Assembly (NCBI GenBank): GCA_964247055.1
Contig: OZ176054.1
Span: 12,648,001 to 12,712,000 of the forward strand
From: Paragordius varius
Lineage: Eukaryota; Animalia; Nematomorpha
Direction of reading: 5' to 3'
DNA: 64,000 bases
Below, one piece after another: positions 52,136 to 61,676 of the stretch. Each line of letters begins with the position of its first letter. The stretch's first letter is position 1. Made by a program: the position numbers and the translations under genes. The notes beneath the pieces are model-generated. The model searched no databases. It saw only the letters and a list, made by a program, of their open reading frames with translations, and was not told the origin of the DNA.

Positions 52136-55100
52136 ATGCCTTATATTGGTTGCTTATTATACACTATAGTAGGGCTATTCACAACACAGGAGTGTATGGA
52201 AAAAACAACAAAATGTTGAATAAGCAATTATTTAATTACTTTTTTCCATACACTCCTGTATTGCAAAATGCTTACTGTATATAATTATTTTTCTGTATTA
52301 ATATAGGTTTTGTGCCCCATATAGAAATATCTAAGGACGAAGAAGGCACACCTTTAAATAGCTCCAAAAGCGATGGAAAGCTTGAAAAACAACCTAGTTT
52401 AGATGTTATAGATGATAAAGCATTAGATAAAACACGGTAAAAAATTTGTGTTTAGAATTTACAAAACAGCCTAACTTAAATTAAGGACAAAACATTTAAA
52501 ACATAATTTTAAAACCATTAAATAATGTGGGAAAATGATATTTTCACAAAATAGAACACCATTAGTTTCAAAATAAGTTATGATCAGTCTGGTAACCCCT
52601 TTCTTATATATGACAAATGTAAAAATCAAATAGATATTTTTAATATAAAAAGCATTAAAAAATGTGTTATCTTTAAAAATCTACTTTAATGATATTAATT
52701 AGTTATAAAGACAACAAAAATATAAATAAGACACAAATATTTTTTAATTGTTTTTTATAATCTCTGTGATTACCATAAACTATCCGGAGTAAATAAGGGT
52801 ATTTCTATCAGTTAGAAAATATCAGTCTTTTTTACGTTTTATTTTTTTTCTATTAATTTTTTATTTTAATTTAATACATATTTCCAGAGGTTTCGTTAAG
52901 TACAAGAGACATACAAACCCATACCGATCTCCTCAAGATCGTATCGAGGATTGGGAAGAAATTTATGATTGGAAAAATGTACGCAAAACTCTGCGTGTAC
53001 AAGCAGCAAGGTGAAACATTTTTTTTACCATACATTATATTGTTATGAGATTTTATAGTGTTATCTTTTTGTCATTTTTTTAATTTTTGGGTAAAAAAAG
53101 GCGCGATAGAGGGAATTTTATCGATTCCAAACAAATTTTAGGTTTCTAAGATTTTTTTTACTCTTTTATCCTTATTTCTACAGAAAAATATTTTATCAAA
53201 TAGGTGTTTTTCAAAGATTTGGTTTTGTGCTGCTCTTTACACCCAATATTAAAGCTCCTTAATATTCATGATATAACATATTTTTATAATAATGTAGCTA
53301 ATTTGAAATAGAAATTTATCCGCCTTTTACCGATTCGCACTGTGAACCCTTCATTTATCGCGAGCATTTAATCATCTTTAACAAGAGGCTATCTATCTAT
53401 CATGTTTTAAAAATGAAATTTTACGTCTTTATTTAAATATAACAATTAAACTTTCCTTCAATATTTGAAACGTATTATAAGACCGTTTTTTGATAGTTGA
53501 TTTTCTAAGACACTTTTTGCGGAATTAGTTTAGGGCAAGGGTGTCTAACATGCGGCTTTCCAAGACATTTTTATCCGCAAAAAAGGGGGAAATATATAAT
53601 TTGCAAAACCCTAGGAAATCTCAAGAATGATACTGCTTAAATAATTTTCTTAAATAGGTCTATTCAATTGGCAAGAAGTAGAAAAAAATGTTATATTGCG
53701 TTGCTTATGTTTAAAAATAAATTTGCCCATATGTATTAAAATACGACCCACGAAGCCATTTGTGTTGTACAGACACCCTCAGTTTAGTGTACAGTGCGCC
53801 GATATATCTAAGGCAAAAATTTCGAAATTATATTATTATAAACATTCATTCAAACATTTTCATATTGCCAGATGTATGGATTGTGGGGTACCCTTTTGTC
53901 AAAGCAACAGTGGATGTCCCCTCGGTAACATTATACCCAAATGGAATGATCTCGTTTTCAAATCCAATTGGCGTGAGGCCTTAGAAACATTGCTTCAAAC
54001 CAATAATTTCCCAGAATTTACTGGTCGAGTTTGTCCGGCACCGTGTGAAGGGGCTTGTGTTTTAGGTCTCTTTTTTAATTTATAGGAATACTTTTACGCT
54101 TTCCTCGTTGTATACATTTTGTAATGATTAAACGTTTTAATTTTACTCTTGAAATTTTTAATTTTCCTTAGTATTTTAATTCAGAATATATTGGTCGAGT
54201 GTGTCCGACACCATGGTTTTACCTTTTTTTTAATATAATTACTGTTAATCATTAAATTTCATGATCGCTACTATAATTTTTAAAATCACTCTTTTAGCAT
54301 TGTTCACCTTTGAAACTTTTTTATTAAACACATTCCCTTTAAAAGTATATCGTAAACTTTTAAAATGCCCCCCCCCCCCCCCCTAAGTTAAATTTTACCC
54401 TGAATGATTAATTAATATTTAAAGAATAATATATTTTATTATACACCATTTAAGTTATTTCATTTAAGATTATATAATCATTATTCAAAATTTAGATTTA
54501 TCATAATTACTTTGCTATTTAGGTATCAATGAACCACCCGTCAACATTAAAAACATTGAATGCGCCATCATAGACTATGCCTTTGAAAAAGGTTGGTTAT
54601 TTCATTTTTATTTTTTTATTTGCAAATAGTTAATAACGACACCATATTTTAACTATTCTCATTATTTGAACTAATCAAGTTTTAACTATTTGATTAACCA
54701 ACTTTTTGAACATAAGGATGCGTTTCGTCGGGTTTATTTTATAAATTCATACAGAATTAAAGTGTTTTTGAGTAACCAGTCAAACATGGGAAAATTAATT
54801 TAACATTAAACACAATTTTTTATTTGTTTATATCGATAAAAATTCTTATATATACTCCATTTTAAGTTGTAAAATAATTTCTAGTTTTTTATTCATTTAA
54901 TAGGGTTATTTTTTAAATCTTTTATTATTTGAAATATTTTATGTGTACTGTTAGGTTGGATTAAGCCAAACATACCCTCCTTCAAAACTGGCAAAACTAT
55001 TGGAATCATTGGTTCAGGACCGGCCGGACTGGCTGCCGCCGCTCAACTCAATAAGGTTTATTTCACAAATTCTTTCCGATTTTCAATCATTTGTGGGAAT

Positions 55101-58100
55101 ATAAAATATATTTAAAGTTAAATTTTCTACTTACATTGGTATCTCCTCGTTAGATTGATTAATCACTAAACTTTAATTGATAATTATTTTGTTATGATAT
55201 TTTGAGGTATTAATATCAATATTAGCTCAAGTATGTTGGGACGATTATGCTATTTTTAAATTGTTATTTTAACAAAATTATTGAGGTTACTTTAAAAACC
55301 ACAAAGTTTTTGTTGGAATGTATATATATATATATACCGTTTAAAAATCAATTTCTTATTGGAAAATTAGCTATAGTAGAGTAAATACAGTAAAAATCAA
55401 AATTATACGGACAAAATGTGAAAATATAAAGACAAATATTTTTATCTAAAAGACAACCACACTTTTTAAAACCTAAATGTTTCCCATATAAATAATAGAA
55501 TTGATTGCGTTAGTATTATATTTCTCTATTTCACACTTTGTCAATTAAAACAATGAGTTACTTATATAAATCAAGATTTAAAAAGTATGTTTAGAAAATA
55601 TATGTATATTTTTACGTTTTGCCCGAATAATTTCAGTTTTTACTATAAGTAAGAAAAAGTTTAAAAGTCCCTATTTTTAGAAAAGTATCTAAGAGGTACG
55701 GGACTATTATTGCGTACATAATTTGGAAATCATAAAAGTACAGCTCTATCATTTAATAACCTCCTTAAAATCGCTGTTTTTTACACAAAGCCTTTTTTGA
55801 AGAAAACCGCTTTAATTATAATTATGAGTTAATATCATTATAAAAATTTATTGTTTCTAAACTATTTACTGAATTAATTAACTAAAGGCCGGACACTGCG
55901 TTAAAGTGTATGAACGAAATGACGCCGTTGGAGGCCTACTAAGATATGGCATTCCACCCATGAAACTCAGTAAACGAATCTTACAGCGACGAATTGATTT
56001 GTTACAAGCTGAGGGAGTTGAATTTTTCGTTAATGCAAAGATTGGGACTGGTGAAGGAAATGGTATAATTTATATCTTTAGAGCACACATTTATCTATTC
56101 ACTTAAAACACTGTTGTAAAGCGATAATATCGGGTTAATCTTAAAAGATTTGTAGGGATTTGAGCGAAAAATTAATATATTTTATCCCAAAATTTTGTAG
56201 CGCCTTTGCAGTTTATCGTGTCATTTTTGAGGACTATAGCATATACAATAAATATTTTAACTGAATTTAATGTTTGGTCCAATTTTTTAAATCAAGTCGT
56301 TTTTTAAATGATTAAAACCTACCACTTTTTACACCTTAAAATTCATCATTCATTTGTTTATAGTGTAAATAATCTGTAAAGGTAAGTATAAGTGATATCC
56401 TGAGTATTTTGCAATACTAATTTTCATATTAATTGGTGCAAAGGTCGGTTCCGACTAACTGCATCATTGAAATTATAACTTTTTAAATAAAACTCGATTG
56501 TTTTAATTTGATATTTTATAATTATGGTTTTTTTTGTTATTAGAAAATAATGGGTTATACAGCGATTCAAAAGCAATGCTTGAAAAACATGATGCTATCC
56601 TATTAGCAGCTGGTTCGACTTGGCCTCGAGATCTCCCCATTACAGGTTTGTTTTTTAAAACTAAAGTTTGTATTTGTTTGAAAAAGATGTTTGATTACGG
56701 CATTTTATTAATTAACACAACTCTTCGTTTTTAATATTTTAAAACAGATTAATGTTTTTTAAATATTAAGGATACTTATTGTCGGTTAAACGATGGTATC
56801 GTGTTTAAAGCAAAATTTACTCAATTACATATAACTATTTTAGATGATAGTTTGGTGTGAAATGAGAATTTAAAACATTATTGTGATATTTTTAATAAAG
56901 TGCTATATTTTTACTTTATATATCTTTTCTTTTTCAAAAAAACTTTTATATCAATATTACTATCGGATAAAAAAAGATATTTTTTTAAAAGAGCAAAAAT
57001 TTTAATCATGGAGGTTTATTGTTCACATTTTGGAATTACGTACCTATAAGTATGTTTAAACTACTATTTTCTTATTACCTTTTCGCGACATATAGGTCGA
57101 AAATTGAAGGGTATTCATTTTGCCATGGAATTTCTACAAGATTGGCAACAAGCCTTAGCTAAACATCAAAAGACTCCTGAAACAATTTCAAATACGAAGT
57201 TTGCTCTTTCAAAAGCTGGCAAATTGGCTGTTAAAGGACGCAATGTGATTGTTATTGGGGGAGGGGATACTGGTGTCGATTGTATAGCCACTTCATTACG
57301 ACTCGTATATAAAAAAAATTTTAATTTTTTTATGCAACAAAAATTATTTTAGCGGTTTATATTGAGCATATAAGTATATCATTGTGTTCTTTATAATTGA
57401 TTATTACTCTTCAGATTTTTGCAAATTATGATATATTGTGTTAGTATTAGGATATTAAGACATATAACACTCACAAAGTATATTTTGGACATATATATAT
57501 ATATATATACATATATATGTTACTTTAGCGGTTCTATAATTTCTAAATCATAATTAATTTTATTAATCGTGAAAGTATTTGGCAAGAGTTTATATTAATT
57601 AAGATGCAACACTGATAATAAAACCTTTATAATTTCTTATACCAATTGTTTATATCCTTTATTTAAAAAGACGCGAAGACCTAAAATATATAACAAATAA
57701 AAGGCTAACATAACACATTTTTATTTTATAAAACAAATTTTTACTTTACATTCATAGTTGCTTTATAATTTTTCAAACTGCAAACTATATTACATTCATT
57801 TTTTTCGTAAAGGAAGCCGCAAGCGTAGTAACGTTTGAAATATTGCAAGAACCTCCGAAAGAAAGAGCACCAACTAATCCTTGGCCTGAATGGCCTCGCG
57901 TTTTTCGTGTTGATTATGGACATGGCGAGAGTCTCCTAAGGCAAGGAAATGATCCACGCGTATTTTGTGTTATGAGTAAGGTAAAGTTAGTTTTTTTTCC
58001 ATCAATAGATTTAGGTTTTTGCAATTGTGATTAAAATGAAAACTAAATCTGTTCTGACTGACTGACTGCCTATAAATTTACGGTTAATTAACTCGGTTTA

Positions 58101-60246
58101 AACACTATTTGATAGATAAGATATATTAGTAATGAAATACGAGATAAATACTTGAATTTTTGGTTTTAATAGTGTCATTAAGATTTAAATACCATTATTT
58201 TATTAAATATTACGTAATAATCTTTAAAAATTATTTGCATATTTAAAAGAGCGGTAATTATACTGAATCCGTGTATAGGTGAAATTTATCCCCCTATAAT
58301 TATATTAAAACTATTGATATTGATAGAATAATATAAGCTTTTTTGCCATAATTACAATACTTACTTTATGATTGCGTGTTGGAAATCTAATAATTTTTTA
58401 ATTTCATCTCTTAACTTGCTAGGAGTTTATTGAATCACCAACTGAGCCTGGCCATGTTTCAGGAATATCAACCGTTTTAGTCAATTGGGAAAAAGAACTC
58501 ACAGGCCGTTGGGTAATGAAAGAAAAACCAGGATCTGAAAAGTTTATACGATTTTTATGTTAACACTTCTTATTTTTTGGGTTAATTTTAACCTCAAATT
58601 TTACATATATCGGTTAAAATATCGATAAATTCAAATATAATATTCATATTATTGCCGTCCTGGCACCTCGATATTTTTTTTAAAATAAATGAAAAATAAA
58701 TAATTTCAAACCTTTGGTTGACAATTATTTTCATTTGATTAACTTGAAAATAATTTTAATAAAAACTTTTCATTTAATATTTTTTGATTAAGTTTTATTT
58801 ATAAACCTTTATATTAATATCAATAATTTACAAATTCTAACGCCCGTCTATGACTAAAATAACCTAAAAAATTTATATATAATAAAATCTTTATCGATTA
58901 CTTTTTATATGAAAAAAAAAATACTTTTAAGCTCCCTTATATATATATATATATATATACCGAAACTTTTTATCTATAATATTTTATTTCAGAACATACA
59001 AAGCCGATTTAATTTTGCTAGCCCTGGGCTTTGTAGGCCCAGAGAGACCCTTACTTAATTTCTTTGACCTGGAAACTGATTTGAGGGGGAATGTGGCAAC
59101 ACCCAGGAATAAATATGGCACGGCTAATCCTAAAATTTATGCTGCCGGAGGTTTTTATTTTTGTTTAATAATAATTTAAAATTTTATTCAAATTTATTTT
59201 CGGTTTATACTGTAAAAATTGAAATTATACAGATATGTAACCTAAAAATTACAAGTTAAATATTTTTTATTTTTACTTAAACATAACTCATTGTTTTGGG
59301 CTACGAAACGAGAATTATAGATGTAAATTGCCAATGCAATGTATAATTAAAAGTTGTAATTTTATAGTTTATGTAAGAATATCAATGTTTGAAAAGTATG
59401 GTTGTCTGCTAATAAAAAAAACATTCTTCCAGTTTTTACGTTTTCTCTGGGTAATAATTTATTTTACTGTAAATTTTGTATCACGGTTTTAAAATAATCA
59501 ATCACAATTGATGGCGAGTTTTTATTCTTGACGCCGACATAAAAATATTCTTAAAATATATTTGCATTTACATTGGATGAAATTATTCTCATTTAACAAT
59601 TTTTATAAAATAAATTTTCTATTACAATTGGTAAATCTTTTTGTCAAACGTTGAAAATTAAAAAAAACATGTGCTAAATTAAAAGTGGAATTGAAAGAAA
59701 AACATATTTAATGCTATATTTAAACTAATTTCTTTTTTTTGGGTGAAATTATTCTGATTTAACACAATTTTTATATAATAAATTTTCTCTTACAATTAGT
59801 AGATCTTTTTGTCAAACGTTTTAAATTTAAAAAAAGTATGTAACTAAATTAGAAGTATGAATACTATTTAAACTAATTCCTTTTTTTGGGCGAAATTATT
59901 CTGATTTAACACAATTTTTATAAACTAAATTTTCTATTACAATTATTAAATATTTTTGTCAAACATTACAAAATAAAGAAATATGTAATTAAATTAGAAG
60001 TGGAATTGAAAGAAAAACATATTTAATGCTATATTTAAACTAATTCCTTTTTTTTCCTTGTTCATTATAGATTGTAGGCGTGGACAATCCTTAGTCGTTT
60101 GGGCCATTAATGAAGGTCGACAAGCTGCTCGCCAAATCGATATTGATCTGATGGGTAGGACTTCGTTAGCTGGGCCCGGGGGCATAGTTCATACAATCCC
60201 CAAATATAATAATGGCACTAATAATCCTGCTCTCCTCAATTTTTAA
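16707..60246 (+). CDS. GLT1: NADH-dependent glutamate synthase (GOGAT), fused alpha+beta eukaryotic form, 48 exons, ~2547 aa
   Basis: Exons: 16707-16865, 16934-17064, 18251-18377, 18821-18901, 19029-19085, 21034-21129, 21858-21994, 22978-23182, 23728-23936, 24988-25282, 27110-27232, 27725-27859, 28189-28331, 28754-29004, 29789-29895, 30382-30641, 31466-31602, 32245-32402, 33162-33370, 34989-35138, 35924-36012, 36596-36737, 37704-37866, 38370-38486, 39020-39101, 39689-39807, 41115-41285, 42224-42442, 42838-43056, 43425-43754, 44510-44786, 48660-48810, 49874-50009, 50394-50487, 50913-51084, 51597-51865, 52307-52436, 52888-53010, 53872-54065, 54523-54591, 54955-55055, 55888-56062, 56544-56645, 57096-57304, 57813-57980, 58423-58541, 58993-59150, 60071-60246 (sum 7644 nt, all GT-AG, phases consistent). 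Motifs: [11 protein letters not shown]|CGAGF (Ntn cysteine after propeptide), [61 protein letters not shown] [3Fe-4S], GXGXG repeats, CMDCGVPFC and CPAPCEGAC [4Fe-4S], [25 protein letters not shown]. Confidence 0.97.
17940..18207. mobile_element. Family A foldback MITE (21-bp subterminal arrays)
   Basis: aattcaaattcaccc arrays on the left, gggtgaatttgaattgttc arrays on the right, ending aaatgg|tata. Confidence 0.75.
18457..18743. mobile_element. Family A foldback MITE, complete copy
   Basis: (TA)n|CCATTTACA...TGTAAATGG|TA termini, 21-bp subrepeats, and a conserved core ataactcat...atatctttatggcatagttt. Confidence 0.85.
19796..20094. mobile_element. Family C Tc1/mariner-like MITE
   Basis: ~80-bp TIR CAGTAAAAATTGAAA...GGACAAAACGTAAAAATATAAAGACAAAT...GACAACCATAC. 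Other copies at 20240-20960, 26243-26500, 35244-35555, 36302-36545, 55388-55645, 59210-59469 and a right end at 51510-51590. Confidence 0.75.
20415..20817. mobile_element. Family A foldback MITE with an expanded left array, nested in a family C MITE
   Basis: About 8 left subrepeats versus 3 on the right; family C arms lie at 20240-20330 and 20870-20960. Confidence 0.8.
24114..24225 (-). repeat. 21-bp tandem array, variant A1 (aaggaccaacttgaaatgttc)
   Basis: About five units; reverse complement of the array at 30687-30840. Confidence 0.8.
24540..24785. mobile_element. Palindromic MITE-like element in GLT1 intron 9
   Basis: gcaattacagtcatgtatgtttag...gattttactttg is inverted as caaagtaaaatc...ctaaacatacatgactgtaatt; the right arm is duplicated again at ~24866-24930. 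Confidence 0.7.
24835..24875 (+). pseudogene. Duplicated acceptor and first codons of GLT1 exon 10
   Basis: ttttctag|aaactattcatgcgtaaaaatcag versus the real ttttctag|aaactattcctccgtaaaaagcag at 24988; part of a ~147-bp tandem duplication. Confidence 0.85.
25375..26215 (+). pseudogene. Three degenerate tandem copies of the 3' half of GLT1 exon 10
   Basis: Copies start at ~25377, 25711 and 26055. Two retain gattggattataaaaaag|gt donors (25517, 25863); all contain indels. Confidence 0.9.
26713..27005. mobile_element. Family A foldback MITE
   Basis: tata|CCATTTAC ... aaatgg|tata termini with degraded arrays. Confidence 0.75.
29559..29740. mobile_element. Family B palindromic MITE (CAGTATGCATTTTAATGG termini, Tc1/mariner-like)
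   Basis: An almost fully self-complementary ~180-bp element. Other copies at 30890-31080, 37326-37523, 52135-52280 and a fragment at 10490-10545. Confidence 0.85.
30687..30840 (+). repeat. 21-bp tandem array, variant A1, starting with a family A terminus
   Basis: ta|CCATTTGCAC followed by ~7 units of ttcaagtttgtccttgaaca(t/g). Confidence 0.85.
30890..31080. mobile_element. Family B palindromic MITE
   Basis: tatttcacactatagtaggg ... ccctactatagtg...aaaatgcatactg. Confidence 0.8.
31920..32165. mobile_element. Family A foldback MITE
   Basis: ta|CCATTTACAG ... TAAATGG|(TA)n. Confidence 0.8.
32700..32975 (+). pseudogene. Tandem copies of the acceptor and first 10 codons of GLT1 exon 19
   Basis: AG followed by [10 protein letters not shown]-like codons at 32702, 32825 and 32942, plus a weaker trace at ~32784; the real exon starts at 33162. 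Confidence 0.9.
34150..34745 (+). pseudogene. Decayed RTE reverse-transcriptase fragment in GLT1 intron 19
   Basis: Frameshifted motifs [55 protein letters not shown] and [10 protein letters not shown] (34651). Confidence 0.85.
37326..37523. mobile_element. Family B palindromic MITE
   Basis: gcattttaatggttgcttatttcacactata ... aaataagcaaccattaaaatgcatgcatactg|ta. Confidence 0.8.
39895..41042. mobile_element. Two further family A copies (39895-40190 and 40782-41042)
   Basis: 21-bp arrays, conserved core, and an aaatgg|tata terminus at 41042. Confidence 0.7.
41333..41700. repeat. Tandem repeat, ~3 copies of ~150 bp
   Basis: aatatct(t/a)ataaagtttaggttggtttt and tacttggcttaaaatatat recur at ~41333, 41491 and 41633. 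Confidence 0.8.
41710..42200. repeat. Tandem repeat, 4 copies of ~120 bp
   Basis: Units start tttcttttcagcagactg-like at ~41710, 41836, 41960 and 42076 and share gtgtagagattctttctcata...ttccaatatatttt. Confidence 0.9.
44234..44480. mobile_element. Family A foldback MITE
   Basis: Arrays plus core; ends aatgg|tata 29 nt before the exon 31 acceptor. Confidence 0.75.
45627..45666 (+). other. Predicted RNA pseudoknot in the RTE 5' leader
   Basis: GAGGG(45627-31) pairs with CCCTC(45649-53), TGG with CCA around a CAAA loop, and GGCA(45634-37) with TGCC(45663-66). Confidence 0.6.
45685..48489 (+). CDS. RTE retrotransposon ORF: APE endonuclease plus reverse transcriptase, 934 aa
   Basis: [30 protein letters not shown] and SDHEL (APE); [32 protein letters not shown] and LRFADDT (RT); [15 protein letters not shown] and [10 protein letters not shown] (RTE C-terminus). 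No stops or frameshifts. Confidence 0.97.
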   Translation: MNLTRIFKVGCWNVRSLTSTKQVIIEKEMERLNIDILGLTETKQKGSAKVLNENYTLLRSGRDDQKSEGVAVLIKNKLNKSLISYTPYTPRIMSIRLNAKPLKFTYIVVYAPTSNAPKEDIEDFYATLQIVLDETKKGDMIIIGGDWNSKVGRGRVDQIVGPYGLGERNEAGEALINFCQENDMMITNTWFPQHNRRLYTWTSPCGKYKNQIDYIMCPQKWKSSIIDTKTSKSSDCSSDHELLITKIKLKIIKNKVKQIYRYDTRNIPNSFRTETKDRLGRLDNGCSSEQLWGTIKNVVNEVAKEKVQRVKRKDNKWISEKSIEIAEKRRKAKSRGDNKMVKLYNKEFQRQTRKDYEDFLNKQCLEVELNNKKGLMQPMFQKLKQMTHKPFISSQKIKKENGTILCKQTEVRERWKEYTQKLYQAPQTKVLQLKEEERDPDILREEVELALKQIPNNKAMGLDNIPIEFIKAIPVEKLHQLCQKVWETCEWPNDWASSVYLPIYKKGDVLKCENYRNISLISHASKVLLKVIQNRMHSIIQTEIPENQAGFMKGKSTRDHISNMRRIMETSKEFQKELYMCFIDYRQAFDSINYDSLWGTLKLVGVSSHLIRLISSLYVKQRAIIRTPAGDTDEIPILKGVRQGCCLSPYLFNMCTEMIMRKLDGKNIGVRIGGRTINNLRFADDTTLIAESANDLKELIEEIRKESLRYGLRLNPNKTKILCTGKKPTIIIEGVEIEIVKQLTFLGAIISEDGSSTPDIRKRIGLGREAMTKLIKIWKNKSVGVETKKRLLYCFVLPVTTYGCESWTLRKRDKERLMAFERSCWRRMLGYTWKDKIKNESLTTEIKPKTNIMEIILKRKLTYFGHVMRSNSLEKDTMFGKVEGQRKRGRPPMRWLDMIKEETKMTLKELNIAVKDRKKWKEIVKTISKKSFTT
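49654..49823. mobile_element. 170-bp MITE embedded in (TA)n, deletion derivative of family F
   Basis: CTGTGTGCAA / TTGCACACAG inverted ends, internal inverted ttaac...ttttcatgag, and tttgttgac...gtttttgaaatattga shared with ~13395. Confidence 0.75.
54181..54215 (+). pseudogene. Degenerate copy of part of GLT1 exon 39
   Basis: tcagaatatattggtcgagtgtgtccgacaccatg versus the exonic ccagaatttactggtcgagtttgtccggcaccgtg at 54011. Confidence 0.8.
59579..60050. repeat. Tandem repeat, 3 copies of ~150-165 bp, ending at the last GLT1 acceptor
   Basis: gaaattattct(c/g)atttaac, tttgtcaaac and tttaaactaatt(t/c)cttttttt recur at ~59579, 59745 and 59892. Confidence 0.9.
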
Positions 60247-61676
60247 TTTAGAAAGCTGGAAAAAAAGAGGACTTTTTATAACCCGCCCCCCCCCCTTACA
60301 TTATTTTTACTGCTTTTTTGGAATGTGAATTTATGTGATTAGCATAATCAAGGATACAACATGGTGGGTCAGAACCACGAAAACTCTACGAAACTAATGA
60401 CTAACATACATTTTACTGCTGTTTGTTTTGCAATACAAATTTCATTACAGAAAAAGTTTACATCAAAGAAAACATAAATTTGAATTGTGATGATATGTTT
60501 TAAACTCTTTTATATTGTACAATATGAGTAGATTTGCATTGCTAATTTTTTTGTGAAATTATATTTGGAGAAATATTATTAGTTTGAAAATCCTGAACGC
60601 TTTATTTGACATAAAAACTAGCATTACATTTCACTCAAACTATGTATTAATCATGGTCATAATTTTAACCTAATATTTCATATATATGGTAATACTGCTG
60701 TTATATCATTTGCAATATTTATTTTGTGGCACATAATACTGTAGTTAACGCACAAAAAAATTCTTTCTTCCTCTTAAAGAGTTTAGTTTATATGTTTCTA
60801 ATTTAATTTCTTTATACTATTTTTAGTAGAATATTTAATTTTTTTACTTGAAATTTTGCCATTATAGACTATACATCTACTACTTTTAACCTGGATATTT
60901 TTAGTATATCGCTAAGAAAATGTTTTTTATATTTACAACACTTTTCTTATAAGTTTATAATTATTTTATAAAATTTTTGATTTTTACATGGCCGCTCCAT
61001 ATAATTTTATGTTAGTTGTGCATTAGTTTAGTTTCAGCATAAAATGAATTAGCTAATGATATTTTATTTATCCTACTATTAATAATTAATTTTTCATAGG
61101 ACTGGCTTGTTACATGCATTTTCATCATTGATAATGAATGACTCTTTAGTACTTTTTTCTTAATTTATAGGTCAGTATAATAAATATCAAATCTTTATTA
61201 ATAAATTACACGACGATTTTATGAAATGTTTGTTTTATTGATTGATCCCTTATTTTGTTTTTGAATCAAAATTTTTATTATGTTAGTCTTTCAAACTGTA
61301 TACTTTGTCCCCAAATCCATATTTAACATATATCAACTTTTCAGGGGTCGGGCCTTTTTTTCATTTTGTTTTAGCACATTTGTGTTGGGAATCCCTCAAG
61401 ACGTATATTTTTCATTCAATTACGTTATGACTGTCATCCTAATGTTACGAGGGCGAAAATGCAAGAAACGCAATAAATTACCACTAATTTTGAGTCATAT
61501 AAATATGAATAAAACGTTATTTACCATATTAATCGAGATAATTGAATGTTCACTGTTTTAGAATTTTATCAAATAAATAATATTTTATAATCCAAGTTTA
61601 TTATATATATATTGTTTAACTTTTTACTTTTGCGTTTTTACTTTAGTTTTTGTAGGTTTTAATTTTCCTAACTAGA

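Noticed and set aside
54585-54960. AGGTTGG repeated at both ends of intron 40
   Set aside because: Largely explained by the AG|GT consensus and Gly-Trp codons; too short to argue for intron gain by duplication.
16707-60246. Recent bacterial origin of the glutamate synthase
   Set aside because: The fused alpha-beta architecture and 47 spliceosomal introns match the eukaryotic NADH-GOGAT type, which is widespread in fungi, plants and invertebrates.
60247-61250. GLT1 polyadenylation signal and promoter motifs for GLT1 and NSDHL
   Set aside because: AATAAA and TATA-like words are ubiquitous at this AT content, so no site can be singled out.
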